From NCBI GenBank assembly GCA_002269645.1, contig NIVC01000771.1:7159-71158 (forward strand): 64,000 bases of DNA, in the 5' to 3' direction. This DNA is from Macrostomum lignano (lineage: Eukaryota). Below are positions 53,233-64,000 of the stretch, piece after piece; the stretch's first letter is position 1, and every line of letters begins with the position of its first letter. A program made the position numbers and the translations under genes. Under the pieces are notes generated by a model. That model saw only the letters and a list, made by a program, of their open reading frames with translations, was not told the origin of the DNA and did no database searches.

Positions 53233-53599
53233 AGGCGACAGCTCAGGATTATGAATAAATAACTGAGCACTAATAAACGCAATGGATGGTCATCGAAGAT
53301 ATTTATACTATAGAAATGTGTATGTCAACCGCTGGAGTTGAATATTGAGCTGCCGTGAGACACACTCATTAATATTTAATTAGCTTTCAGAGCCCTACTC
53401 ATCAATACAAACAAATAAAAAGCATATTTTACATAAAAGCGCATTTAACTCTGTGCAGCTAACAAGCTCCGGTTCACTAGCACTTTCGGAGTTGTGATAC
53501 TTTGGGTTTGTAATGAGCGATGTTATTTTGGGTTTGGAAGTGCGTTCAGCACAGCAGCGAAGGCGAGCACGCATTTGTGCCAAACCTGTGCCATGCCGC

Positions 53600-54260
53600 C
53601 AGAGACTGCGAGTTGCAGAGCCTCACGACGATCTCGTGCTAAACCAGCTGATCTTTGGCATCTCATTAGCGAAGGTGCGCGAACGCCTCCTGCTGAGCGA
53701 GAGCTCCCTCTGGATGGAGCAATCCAGATTGCCGCCAGCGTAGCAGCTGACGACGGCTTCAGGAGATCAACGCCAAGAGAGCTTCAGAGGCCAGACAGCG
53801 CGACCAATGGCGAAATGCCTGAGATCATCGAATAGTCATCCATGACTGCGGCTGCCTACTCGTATATCGAATTTACCCCGGATCTCAGTTTGTTTCGCTC
53901 GGAGTTCACGGACTTCCTCAGCTCGCTTGTCATCAAGCACCGTCGCACTTCACTCTACTGCCTACAGAAAGAATGGCGGATTCGAGAGGTTCAACGGCTT
54001 CATCAAGACCTCAGTGTGCGCGCCGACGCCCTGCCAGTGAAGCAGGTGGTTCAGGAGCTGCTGCTGGCGCATCGGTCATCTGAGCACGCGCTGACCAACA
54101 AGTCACCGGCTGAACTGATGCTGGGATGAAAGTTCTGCCTGCCAATGGGTCGTCTTCAACCAGCAAGCACCGAGTCAACGACGGACCAGGAGCTGCGGCG
54201 CAGCGTCAAGAAGCGACAGCAGCTGGCCAGGAGCCGCCGCCGGATGCGCAAGCGGAACAC
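53600..54260 (+). mobile_element. Degenerate Gypsy LTR-retrotransposon remnant (gag piece joined to integrase piece)
   Basis: DDLVLNQLIFGISLAKVRERLL / LDGAIQIA (gag), then FRSEFTDFLSSLVIKHRRTS...VQELLLAHRSSEHALTNKSPAELMLG (integrase C-terminal core). Several frameshifts. Confidence 0.8.
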
Positions 54261-54382
54261 GATCACTCTGACCTTGACAGCCGCTGGAACATCAGCCGCT
54301 GCATTCCGGGTGACCACACGGCTTAGGGTGACGGCGGCTCCGCAGCTGCCATCTAGATTGCGGAGATGTCTTAGTGTCTTAG

Positions 54383-54992
<610 letters not shown>

Positions 54993-55316
54993 CGAATCCA
55001 AATAACTTAGCTGAGTGTATTCACTGGCCTTGGCCCACCTGCATACCACTGCAGAGCATCCACAGTGCTTAGCAGGACGCAATTAACCATTATGTGGAAA
55101 TCTCACTTATAAAATATGTTAACCTTCACCTGCACATTTGATAAATCAGTGGCCGCTGCAACATGATTTTAAAACTTTTTCAATCCATTCTCACTTCCAC
55201 TCACAACTAGCGAAATTTTATTGTTCAGAGCGACGATTTTACCTGTTTGGCGTGACTAACCTTGCTTTTACTATGTAGCAGTGCTTTGCTTTTAATTTTA
55301 CTTGATAAGGTTTGTC

Positions 55317-56322
55317 TGTCAGCTGTGCGGGTGTCAGCTGTGCGGGTGTCAGCTGTGTGGGTGTCAGCTGTGTGGGTGTCAGCTGTGTGGGTGTCAGCTG
55401 TGTGGGTGTCAGCTGTGTGGGTGTCAGCTGTGTGGGTGTCAGCTGTGTGGGTGTCAGCTGTGTGGGTGTCAGCTGTGTGGGTGTCAGCTGTGTCAGTTGT
55501 GTGGGTGTCAGTTGTGTGGGTGTCAGCTGTGTGGGTGTCAGCTGTGTCAGCTGTGTGGGTGTCAGCTGTGTGAGTGTCAGCTGTGTTGGTGTCAGCTGTG
55601 TGGGTTTCAGCTGTGTGGGTGTCAGCTGTGTGGGTGTCAGCTGTGTGGGTGTCAGCTGTGTGGGTGTCAGCTGTGTGGGTGTCAGCTGTGTGGGTGTCAG
55701 CTGTGTGGGTGTCAGCTGTGTGGGTGTCAGCTGTGTCAGTTGTGTGGGTGTCAGATGTGTGGGTGTCAGCTGTGTGGGTGTCAGCTGTGTCAGCTGTGTG
55801 GGTGTCAGCTGTGTGAGTGTCAGCTGTGTGGGTGTCAGCTGTGTGGGTGTCAGCTGTGTGAGTGTCAGCTGTGTGGGTGTCAGCTGTGTGGGTGTCAGCT
55901 GTGTGAGTGTCAGCTGTGTGGGTGTCAGCTGTGTGGGTGTCAGCTGTGTGAGTGTCAGCTGTGTGGGTGTCAGCTGTGTGGGTGCCAGCTGTGTGGGTAT
56001 CAGCTGTGTGAGTGTCAGCTGTGCGGGTGTCAGCTGTGTGGGTGTCAGCTGTGCGGGTGTCAGTTGTGTGGGTGTCAGTTGTGTGGGTGTCAGCTGTGTG
56101 AGTGTCAGCTGTGCGGGTGTCAGTTGTGTGGGTGTCAGTTGTGTGGGTGTCAGCTGTGTGGGTGTCAGCTGTGTGGGTGTCAGCTGTGTGGGTGTCAGCT
56201 GTGTGGGTGTCAGTTGTGTGGGTGTCAGCTGTGTGGGTGTCAGCTGTGTGGGGTCAGCTGTGTGGGTGTCAGCTGTGTGGGTGTCAGCTGTGTGGGTGTC
56301 AGTTGTGTGGGTGTCAGCTGTG
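55317..56322. repeat. 15-bp minisatellite (gtcagctgtgtgggt)
   Basis: Direct reading. The Cys-rich ORFs over it are artefacts. Confidence 0.97.
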
Positions 56323-57464
56323 TTACAATGCTGTAGATTTAAGCATTAAAATAAACAGCTTTGCAAGGCTCTCTCGATTGTTTCAATAAAAATTAAGCTC
56401 ACATTCATATTCATATTCAGATGCTAACGAAGCGCCCAGACGGGCCAGTGAGCAGTGATTTATGAGCAATTAAATTTATTATCATGCACTCATATTAACG
56501 TACAATCCACTGCAAGATTCACTCAAGCAAAACTTATTAGCTAAACCAAATAATAGTATTTCCCATTGTTAGAGTTTCAATCGCGATTCTTCAATCTTTG
56601 TAAAATGTTTCTTTTACTTGTTTAATTAATGATAATATACTTGGCGATGCCAAAATTTTACTAATCAATCTATTTTGTAGTAGACATTGTGGGTCCTTAC
56701 CTGCTTCATTTTACTTCGCGAAATCGGCCCCGACATTGGCGCAGACCAGCATTCTCCATAACTGCATCCATCATCTTTGTTGCCCTGCTGGCTCGCTATC
56801 GCAAAGATGCCTTCAGAACCGTCTGGTCTCCCTGTCAAAGAATTTGCGTTCTGTGCTCGAGCGCTCTTCTCAAACAGGGATTTCAAAGATGAATTATAGA
56901 AGAGCGGGAAATTTGTTGAGACTCTTTGGGGTTGACATCATAGGCACGCATGAAATGAAAGCATGGAATGTTTGCCTTTTCAAAGACGTGTAGAAACTGG
57001 GGTCGGATCGGGTGCCCAACCAATGTACTACTATTTATGTGCCAATTGTTGCTAAATTTAGCAGAATCGATTGGTTTGAGTCACTGGTTAGCCAACCAAC
57101 AAGATAAACAAGAACGGAGGAAAATATGCGCAAAGCCGCGGACATTGGTCGCTAGGGCTGTTATTCCAGTCTTCAGATCATCCAGTCTTCCAATCTGCGT
57201 TCTTCCAGTCCTCCGATGTTGCATCTTCCAGTTTTTCGGGTCTTCCGGTCTTCCTGTCTACCACTCTTCCCACCTTCCAGTCTACCACCTTAGCCTAAAG
57301 TCTATGCCAACGAGGTTTTTAAGTGCCAGTATTTAAGGCTCTGGTTTTTAACTGCACGAAAGGCTGGCGGTTTTGCGTAAAGTTGCATCACGCTAGTGGG
57401 TATACGGACTGCCATTCATCGCTTCTTGCTTGCCTGGCGGGGCTGTCACTGATCGATAGGCCAG

Positions 57465-58120
57465 AATTCTTTGAGTTGAATAAGACTGTCAGGGCAACTG
57501 ACGACGGTGACTTAGGCAAGCTGTCTGCGTACTTTGACCAGGCTGACCCAAATTAGTTGCAACAAGCGGTGTTCTTCCTGATCGTTTACCATTTTGAATT
57601 CAGGGGACGTGAGTGATTACACCTTTCAACAAAAAGGATGTTGTCGTGAGTTGCCGCGATGAAGAAGTGAAATGCATCGACCTCGTAAAGGGAAAAAGAA
57701 GGATAACGTCTCGGCAAAGAGTAAAAGTACGAGTAAGAGGCAGCAAATAGGCATATTTCTGGTGACTGAAAAGGCCGAATGTCCTGTTGAAGAAATGAAT
57801 CTTTACTTGTCAAAGCCGTCAGAGGAGAATCCAAATGAAACGATGAGGAGTGTTAGTGACCGAAGGAAGTTCTAGACAAGAGCAGCCTGGCTAAACTAAT
57901 GAAATTACTCGTAATACAAGCTATCTAAAGCTGCCGACCTTTCTCAATCGTCCAGTACCCATTCGATCGACCGTGATCATGACCTTGTCGGAACGAGGAT
58001 TCAATCCCGAGCGGATTCAGGGCGTCTCCGGCGACAAGAAAGCAAAGTGTCGTTAGTTACGCCAAGCCTATCTCAATGGAAAAAAGCGGACGCTTTCGAT
58101 TGCAACGACACCTGGCTTGC
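57465..58120 (+). mobile_element. Decayed Crypton tyrosine-recombinase (DUF3504-type) catalytic region
   Basis: DLGKLSAYFDQADPN*LQQAVFFLIVYHFEFRGRE*..., ECPVEEMNLYLSKP, LSKAADLSQS..THS, TLSERGFNPERIQGVSG, SYAKP. Contains stops and frameshifts. Confidence 0.78.
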
Positions 58121-59248
58121 ATCAACCCAAAAAAGACTGGATGCCGTACTCCTGCCAAAGCGAGTGGCGCTGGACCTGAAGGTGGCACCTGCTTCCACCA
58201 CTGTTGAACTACCTGCTTCTATAGTGCGTTTCAGGTCGCGTCTGCAACCGCGTCATTTGAGTCGACTGAGAGCTATCTGGAGTCAACTGTTGTGTTGGAT
58301 AATTAGAAGGCATCAAGTGTTTTATAAACACGTAAGTAGAAGTGGTTTAAAGTGGTTTAGGTAACTCAGTACTGTCATTTGTTCTATGTTTTATGGTTAC
58401 ATCGAAATTTTTCTAATCAATTATATGCTGGTTTAATAATGCGCTCTCTAACATACATGTGAAACTGTTGTGAAACTGTTGATTCATGCAAGCTAAACGT
58501 AGTCTATGTTAATAAACGGATTAAAGGGGGAAAGTATGTCATGGTACAATGTCGGCCATAGACTGGGTTTTAAACTATGCAACAGGAGACAATTTCTTTC
58601 CACGACCACAGTCTGTAGAAGTTTTCGAGTCGAAAAATGTGATGTATGGCGTAAAATATCTGTGCTCATTAATGGAACACATCAGTGAAGTGTTTTCCCT
58701 CTCGTAGCTATACAAGAATCATTGCATTCGCGTCACGCGTATCACAGGCACGTATTTGACACGTGGTCACTTGTTATTTGTAATGATTTATCGCCCGACA
58801 GGGATTGAGCATTGAAGAAAGTCTCGACATCCGTGAGCACCAGTATTCAACGTCAAGTGTCGGACCAATGACCACAGTATGTCATAACAGGACAATAAAC
58901 GATCGTGTAATTTTTTAGGAGAGACTCCTGGAATAAATACACTGCAAAGATAGGAAATATCGTTCTTTTATCACAAAATGTAGGATTCATACATCGATTT
59001 TGCGTGCTTAAATGGTCTATGCACGAGTGCGCGCAGCGCACGAGTGCCATAGACCATTTAAGCACAAAAAATCGATGTATGAGTTGCATTGTATTACGTT
59101 GGCTTAATACTTTAGATGGCGCGTTAGATGCACGCTCAGTTAATTTGTCTTAACCATAGACAAAAATGCGTGAAAGGCACGCAAGTTGATTGAGTGTTGC
59201 GAAGAAGGGAATAAGAAGCTGTTAAATTAAAATCACTTGTGAGAGAAT

Positions 59249-59707
59249 ATGGCTGAGCCACCAACTAAAGTCAGACTTCTGAATCTGCGCAAATTTCCAA
59301 ACGAAATGATTTCCGGCTTGTCCACCAATGAGATTGACGACATTCTGAACGAGCCTGATAATCTACCGGAGTCGGCAATTGATCGAGAAGAGGAGGATCT
59401 TCTGGAGGCACTTTTCAAGAAGATACCTGACGAAGAAGCTGAACTACTTGAATTGGAACAGCTCGTTTCCGAAATCGAGGACACCGCTGCTAGTAAAAGT
59501 GTGACAAAGGCTACCGAATATTATGTCGGTAAGTTGCAGAGCTTCATGGAGAACCATCCGTCAGTTCAGCGTGATTTGGCGACTTCTACACCGCGCGAGA
59601 TCGACAGTCTATTGCGATACTTCTATGGCTCACTTCGCAAGAGGAATGGCGAATACTTTGCTCCAGCCACGTTGATTTGTATCCTCATTCGCTTTCCCTG
59701 TCAATGA
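59249..59707 (+). mobile_element. Crypton YR N-terminal fragment (KCTD1/ZMYM-like domain), truncated
   Basis: SVTKATEYYVGKLQSFME...REIDSLLRYFYGSLRKRNGEYFAPATLICI matches the LxxFYxxxRKxxGxxYxPxSL pattern. Similarity ends near 59690. Confidence 0.75.
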
Positions 59708-60409
59708 TAGGTAATCGTCTACGCAGTCTACCTTGTTTACACAGTTCCCTGTTATTCGTTCGTTGTACTTGTAGCAGAAGTATACTTATTAAAATATACT
59801 CACTTTCCGTGCATTACACGCACGCGTTAGACGCACGCTTGTTGCCTTTACTCAGATAGAAAATTGCCATAGACACCTACATTAGACGCACAGTAAATCG
59901 TGCATCTAACGCGCGCCAGCGTGATACAATGATTGCATTCGACCTGGGGCAGTGAAGATTACCATTGTTTAGTTTAGCATGTACATCATGTGAGAAGTGT
60001 CAAACGGTTCGCTAACCCGTTGATCCACAAATGCTGTCCATACGAGTACATGCATACGCGTTCGAATAAGATTACACGTCCGTACCCAAATAAGGTAAAA
60101 AATTCCATTAAATGAAACATGTGCATGCACATTATATACTCGTGTAAAATAATTTACAATAAATACATTAAAGCAGTATGCTAAGAGTAAAGAGTCAACA
60201 GGTCATTTGGTAATAACTGAATTTTTTATTGTACGAACGAAACTGTTATTGAAACAATCAATATGTCAGCATATTTAAACAAGCTATATATTTCATGACA
60301 GTATGCATATGCATATATCTAAGTAATGTATATTCAGGAAAGTTCCAGGCTCCACCAATCCAGCCCGGTCTTCTCCCGCAGGCGACTCTGCCGCAGCAGT
60401 GCTGGGTGG

Positions 60410-60532
60410 CAGCGGCCGTCACTGCTTGCACACAGCGGCCTTCACTGCTTGCACACAGCGGCCGTCACTGCTTGCACACAGCGGCCGTCACTGCTTGCAC
60501 ACAGCGGCCGTCACTGCTTGCACACAGCGGCC
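60410..60532. repeat. 23-bp tandem repeat (~5 units) at the end of Ly6 copy B
   Basis: Same unit as 6215-6429. Confidence 0.95.
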
Positions 60533-60840
60533 AGCAGGGCCAGAGCTGCGGTCAGCAGGAGGCCGCTGGGACCGAACTGCCTCGGCGAAGAGTTGCACAG
60601 GTCGGTGTCGCAGCACCAGCTTTTGCTGGTGGCCACGCAGGCAGGGGCAGCCGTGCGGCCGATGACGCCAGCCGCTTTAACCTTGACGCAGTAGCTGCCG
60701 CTGACAGTCTGGGTGCTGCTGGAGACTGAGCTGCAGTCTGCGCAGTCGTAGCACTTGACGGCGTCGGCCGGAGCGGGCAGAAGGCAGACGGAGGCCAGGA
60801 GGCCGAGTGTTACCAGACGGAGCACTTGGTGAGGCTGCAT
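60511..60840 (-). CDS. GPI-anchored Ly6/uPAR three-finger protein, copy B, 109 aa
   Basis: Paralogue of 6408-6737 with the same cysteine frame, signal peptide and GPI tail. Confidence 0.9.
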   Translation of the reverse strand: MQPHQVLRLVTLGLLASVCLLPAPADAVKCYDCADCSSVSSSTQTVSGSYCVKVKAAGVIGRTAAPACVATSKSWCCDTDLCNSSPRQFGPSGLLLTAALALLAAVCKQ

Positions 60841-62179
60841 GCTGATGGTAGGTGATGTCTCACTGAGGCGGGCTGCTTTGAGTGTTGGCTTAAATAGACG
60901 CGACCAGCCTTCCGCGCCAACCCCAGGTACCGAGGTGCAGTGTGAGCGTGTTGTCTATGCTCAGCCAGTTTAGAATCATTGCAGCTTGCAGCAACCCCGG
61001 CTTGGCCCAGCGGAGGGGGGGTTGATGCCGCTTGCACCCCGCGATTCCACCCCGGCTTGGAAGGACAGACCAATCGGAGAGCGGCCTGAGAACAGGCACG
61101 TGGTGCTACCCATGGGAAACAGCCACCCCAGGCCCAGGGCCAGCCGCAAGTCTGATTTGAACGGCTCCAAGACCGGCACAGCTAAACTAAAACCGCCATC
61201 AAATGAGTTTTGTGGTCAAATGATGCCAAATTGAGTCACATGTTATAGTTGGGCTGGGGCTGGCTTTTATTGAGCGTAGCGAGGCGTCAGACAGTGCTGA
61301 CGCAATCTAATTGGCGGTGAATTTAGTTCAGTCAAGAGTTGATAAAACTCGTTTTTTGAATGGATAGTAACAGCTCTGAACAATCAAATGAAAAAACTGC
61401 GCTTCGAATAAAAAGGTCGGGTTGAAAACGACCGAGTTTTAAAGGTAAAATGTGCCTACAATCAAAGACACATTCACAGATTTTGGCGCATGACAAGCAG
61501 CTCAAGAAACAGCTCGCAAATAACCTGAGATCCACTTAAGTAAAAGTTACAATGAAAGAATGCTTTTTATCTTCAGCTAATGGATTATTTCCAAGGGCCT
61601 AGAGATCACAAAGTTAACTAAGTATACTCAGCAACATTGAAAAGCCGCCATCACAGAAGATTCCGTCTGTGGTCGCCACTTTTGAGAGTGCAGGTAAAGT
61701 CTCTCAATCCTGGGAGAGTAGAAGGCATGAGGGGGCTTCTGGACAAAATTTTTCACGTCCTCCATAATCCACCTAAATCCATCCATATTATCCCCGACAG
61801 AATCAGAAAAAAGGGGGGTCGCACTCGCTCCGAAAACGTCCTCCATAATCCACCTAAATCCATCCATATTATCCCGACAGAATCAGAAAAAAGGGGGGTC
61901 GCACTTGCTCCGAAAACTTCGAACATAATCCTATTAAATCCATCCATATTATCCCTGACAGAATCAGAGCATTATCCCTGACAGAATCAGAGCATAACAG
62001 TAGGACACCTGTTATGCTCACTGACACCGACATCCACCCATAGCATGTTCGAAACAATCAGAAAATAATCTGCATTCTTCTCCCCACATTCAATTTGCAA
62101 AGCGAAACCACATCCCTAAGACTTTAAATCATCAGCGCAGGGTCCTCACCCTTTGAAAAAATATAAATTCTCAATAAAA

Positions 62180-62416
62180 ATGTTTCCAGTTGTCTCTCCA
62201 GGTTCTTATTACAAAACGCACGAGCCTAATTACAAATCCAAGTACCGATGCAAACTTGAATGCAGCGAGTACATGAGAAAATATTGGCCCGACGTTGATA
62301 TCAATGTCCCTAATATTAATCAAGCACTTAAATCTCACTGGTTTGAAAAACACGGAGTAGTCATTAACAATTTTGACAGCTATTATAACTTTGCTGAAGT
62401 TATAAGGCAGTTGTAG
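62180..62416 (+). CDS. Small hypothetical ORF (78 aa from the ATG), probably viral/Polinton
   Basis: ATG at 62180 in an aataaaaATG context like that of the penton start. Convergent with the penton gene. No family recognised. Confidence 0.4.
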   Translation: MFPVVSPGSYYKTHEPNYKSKYRCKLECSEYMRKYWPDVDINVPNINQALKSHWFEKHGVVINNFDSYYNFAEVIRQL

Positions 62417-62477
62417 TAGCCAACTACACGGTTGTACCTGGCGGCTTATATCGTAATTTTACAAGTCTGAAGACGAC

Positions 62478-63335
62478 TCACATTCTCTCAATAATAATTG
62501 TTAGCACAAACTCTTCCCCGTTAAAATCGACACCAACTCCATCCTCTGTTTCAAACTGCAGAACGATTTCATGTATCTCTCTATTACTCAGAATCACTCT
62601 TTTCACGGGGTTTGGCTTTTGAACAAGCATTTTGCCACCAGCAACAGAGTTTGAAATGTTAAAAAGTATGTTGGTTCGTTTGCCTTTGAATATCCAATCA
62701 TGGCTCAGATTGCTACGAATTAATATATTCAAACCTTTGACAATGTCAGCGATATTTGGCGCCAAGTACATACCGGATATTAGCCGGGACACAGCAACAG
62801 TGCCAGGCGCCTGCAGCGGGCTTTGGTCTGTGGCGCCACCATAAACTCTCTTTTCAAATCCCAACTCGCGATACCAAGTGCCATCTTTAAACTCTACCTC
62901 TGCGTCCTTATGAACTTGCAAGATAACTCTCATGACAGTTAGATCATAAGTTAATCTAACAGGGAACAGTTTATTTTCTGGTTTGCTTTCATCCGGTATC
63001 TCAAAATGCTTTCGTTTAGTGAAGACGTTCTCCAAGAAGTAATTATAAGTATCCACGCTCTGTGTGCTGACAGGAAATATCACAACCTCTGTTGTAGTAC
63101 GCTTCCATTTGTAATAAAACTTGTTATTTTCCGCTGTCACATTGGGAACATTTGACCACCCAGTGAAATCATTGAGATAGACGTGGTAATTCGCCTCGGG
63201 ATCCAAACGAAGTGGTTGCTCCAATTTTTGAATGAAGATTCCGTTTGACTCAGTAATGCGACCCGCTACAGTGATTGGAATGCTCTCCTTAGAGTGTGAA
63301 ACAATGTTGTTTAGTCTTTCGGCTATGGCTTCCAT
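62478..63335 (-). CDS. Polinton/adintovirus minor capsid protein (penton), 285 aa, open
   Basis: LEQPLRLDPEANYHVYLNDFTGWSNVPNVTAENNKFYY, ELGF, NIADIVKGLNILIRSNL, FKGKRTNILFNI, GVDFNGEEFVLTIII follow the adintovirus penton pattern. Confidence 0.82.
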   Translation of the reverse strand: MEAIAERLNNIVSHSKESIPITVAGRITESNGIFIQKLEQPLRLDPEANYHVYLNDFTGWSNVPNVTAENNKFYYKWKRTTTEVVIFPVSTQSVDTYNYFLENVFTKRKHFEIPDESKPENKLFPVRLTYDLTVMRVILQVHKDAEVEFKDGTWYRELGFEKRVYGGATDQSPLQAPGTVAVSRLISGMYLAPNIADIVKGLNILIRSNLSHDWIFKGKRTNILFNISNSVAGGKMLVQKPNPVKRVILSNREIHEIVLQFETEDGVGVDFNGEEFVLTIIIERM

Positions 63336-63357
63336 TTTTTTATTGAAAAAAAATTAT

Positions 63358-63981
63358 TCAAACTTTACTAGACGAGTTGTTGATCATATTGACCTTGATC
63401 TTCCTCTCAAATGCATAGATAATAAACAGATCAACAGCCGTTGCGGCACCAAATTCTTTCCGCTCGATATTAGTCACAATGTTAACAGGGCTATTGTCTG
63501 TAGGCATTTGTCTAGCAGTCACATCAACACCAAATATTGGATATAGTTTTTTATACTGCAATGTTGTCAAAACAATACCGTTATTCTCTTTGACAGCCAA
63601 GTCCGACAGTTCATTGTAAAACTTACTAATCTTGTTCTCCGAGAAATTCCCATTTTGTGGCAATGCAGGGTATAAATTGTCACTGATCTCATGTTGAATC
63701 GATCGAATGTTTCCATGTAGATATCTACCTACATTAGTTGTATTCCTCATAGTGACAATAATGTACCTTGGATTGCTACAGGAGCCTTCTTTAATGCAAA
63801 TATTGTGTCTTGCGTCATTCCGCTCATCTCTGCACATATAAGCTGTATAAGCAACATCAATGTCTTTCTCAATCGCCTTCAAGTATTCAGCTTTGAGTGC
63901 AGTCTTGGGCTCAATAATTTCTAAGTACAGCTCCACGCCAGTTAGCTTAATCTCCATCGATGTATGATTGGCCCCGACCAA
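63358..63981 (-). CDS. C-terminal half of a Polinton double-jelly-roll major capsid protein
   Basis: NPRYIIVTM, NLYPALPQNGNF, LYPIFGVDVTARQ, DLFIIYAFERKI. Lies directly upstream of the penton gene. An in-frame TAG at 63988-63990 precedes it, so this copy may be disrupted. Confidence 0.72.
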   Translation of the reverse strand: MVGANHTSMEIKLTGVELYLEIIEPKTALKAEYLKAIEKDIDVAYTAYMCRDERNDARHNICIKEGSCSNPRYIIVTMRNTTNVGRYLHGNIRSIQHEISDNLYPALPQNGNFSENKISKFYNELSDLAVKENNGIVLTTLQYKKLYPIFGVDVTARQMPTDNSPVNIVTNIERKEFGAATAVDLFIIYAFERKIKVNMINNSSSKV

Positions 63982-64000
63982 ATTCCTCTATTCGATCATC

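Larger units (their letters stand above)
61715..64000 (-). mobile_element. End of an endogenous Polinton/Maverick (adintovirus-like) element running off the window
   Basis: Compact, intronless, AT-richer ORFs for major and minor capsid proteins. Tandem repeats at 61765-62000 resemble TIR-associated repeats. The left boundary (AGAGTAG at 61715) is a guess. Confidence 0.75.

Noticed and set aside
55262-56389. Metallothionein- or keratin-associated-like CGCQL repeat protein
   Set aside because: 15-bp minisatellite open in all forward frames, with no unique coding ends.

Overview
Eukaryotic (animal) genomic DNA: spliceosomal introns with GT(G/A)AGT donors, GC-rich exons in AT-richer introns, and many mini/microsatellites. 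The style resembles a free-living flatworm such as Macrostomum, but that is inference only. The window is a mosaic of recent segmental duplications. Main host genes are two multi-exon ankyrin-repeat Ser/Thr kinase genes. Gene 1 (11717-19545, 12 exons, ~1087 aa) has an internally duplicated ankyrin block; gene 2 (39047-42972, 7 exons, ~692 aa) has a single block. Their second ankyrin module varies almost only at ligand-contact positions. Also present are two intronless GPI-anchored Ly6/three-finger paralogues with diverged fingers, H6PD (G6PD+6PGL) pieces, two kinesin-6 pseudogene fragments sharing one in-frame TGA, and a frameshifted C-type lectin. Mobile DNA includes a decayed mariner, a 5'-truncated Ngaro/DIRS element with an intact tyrosine recombinase, a 2.2-kb solo LTR, a tRNA-SINE with TSD, a Harbinger-like element with a nested TA-MITE, Gypsy gag/integrase remnants and two Crypton fragments. 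The right edge carries capsid genes (penton and major capsid) of an endogenous Polinton/adintovirus. Most listed ORFs over satellites are artefacts.
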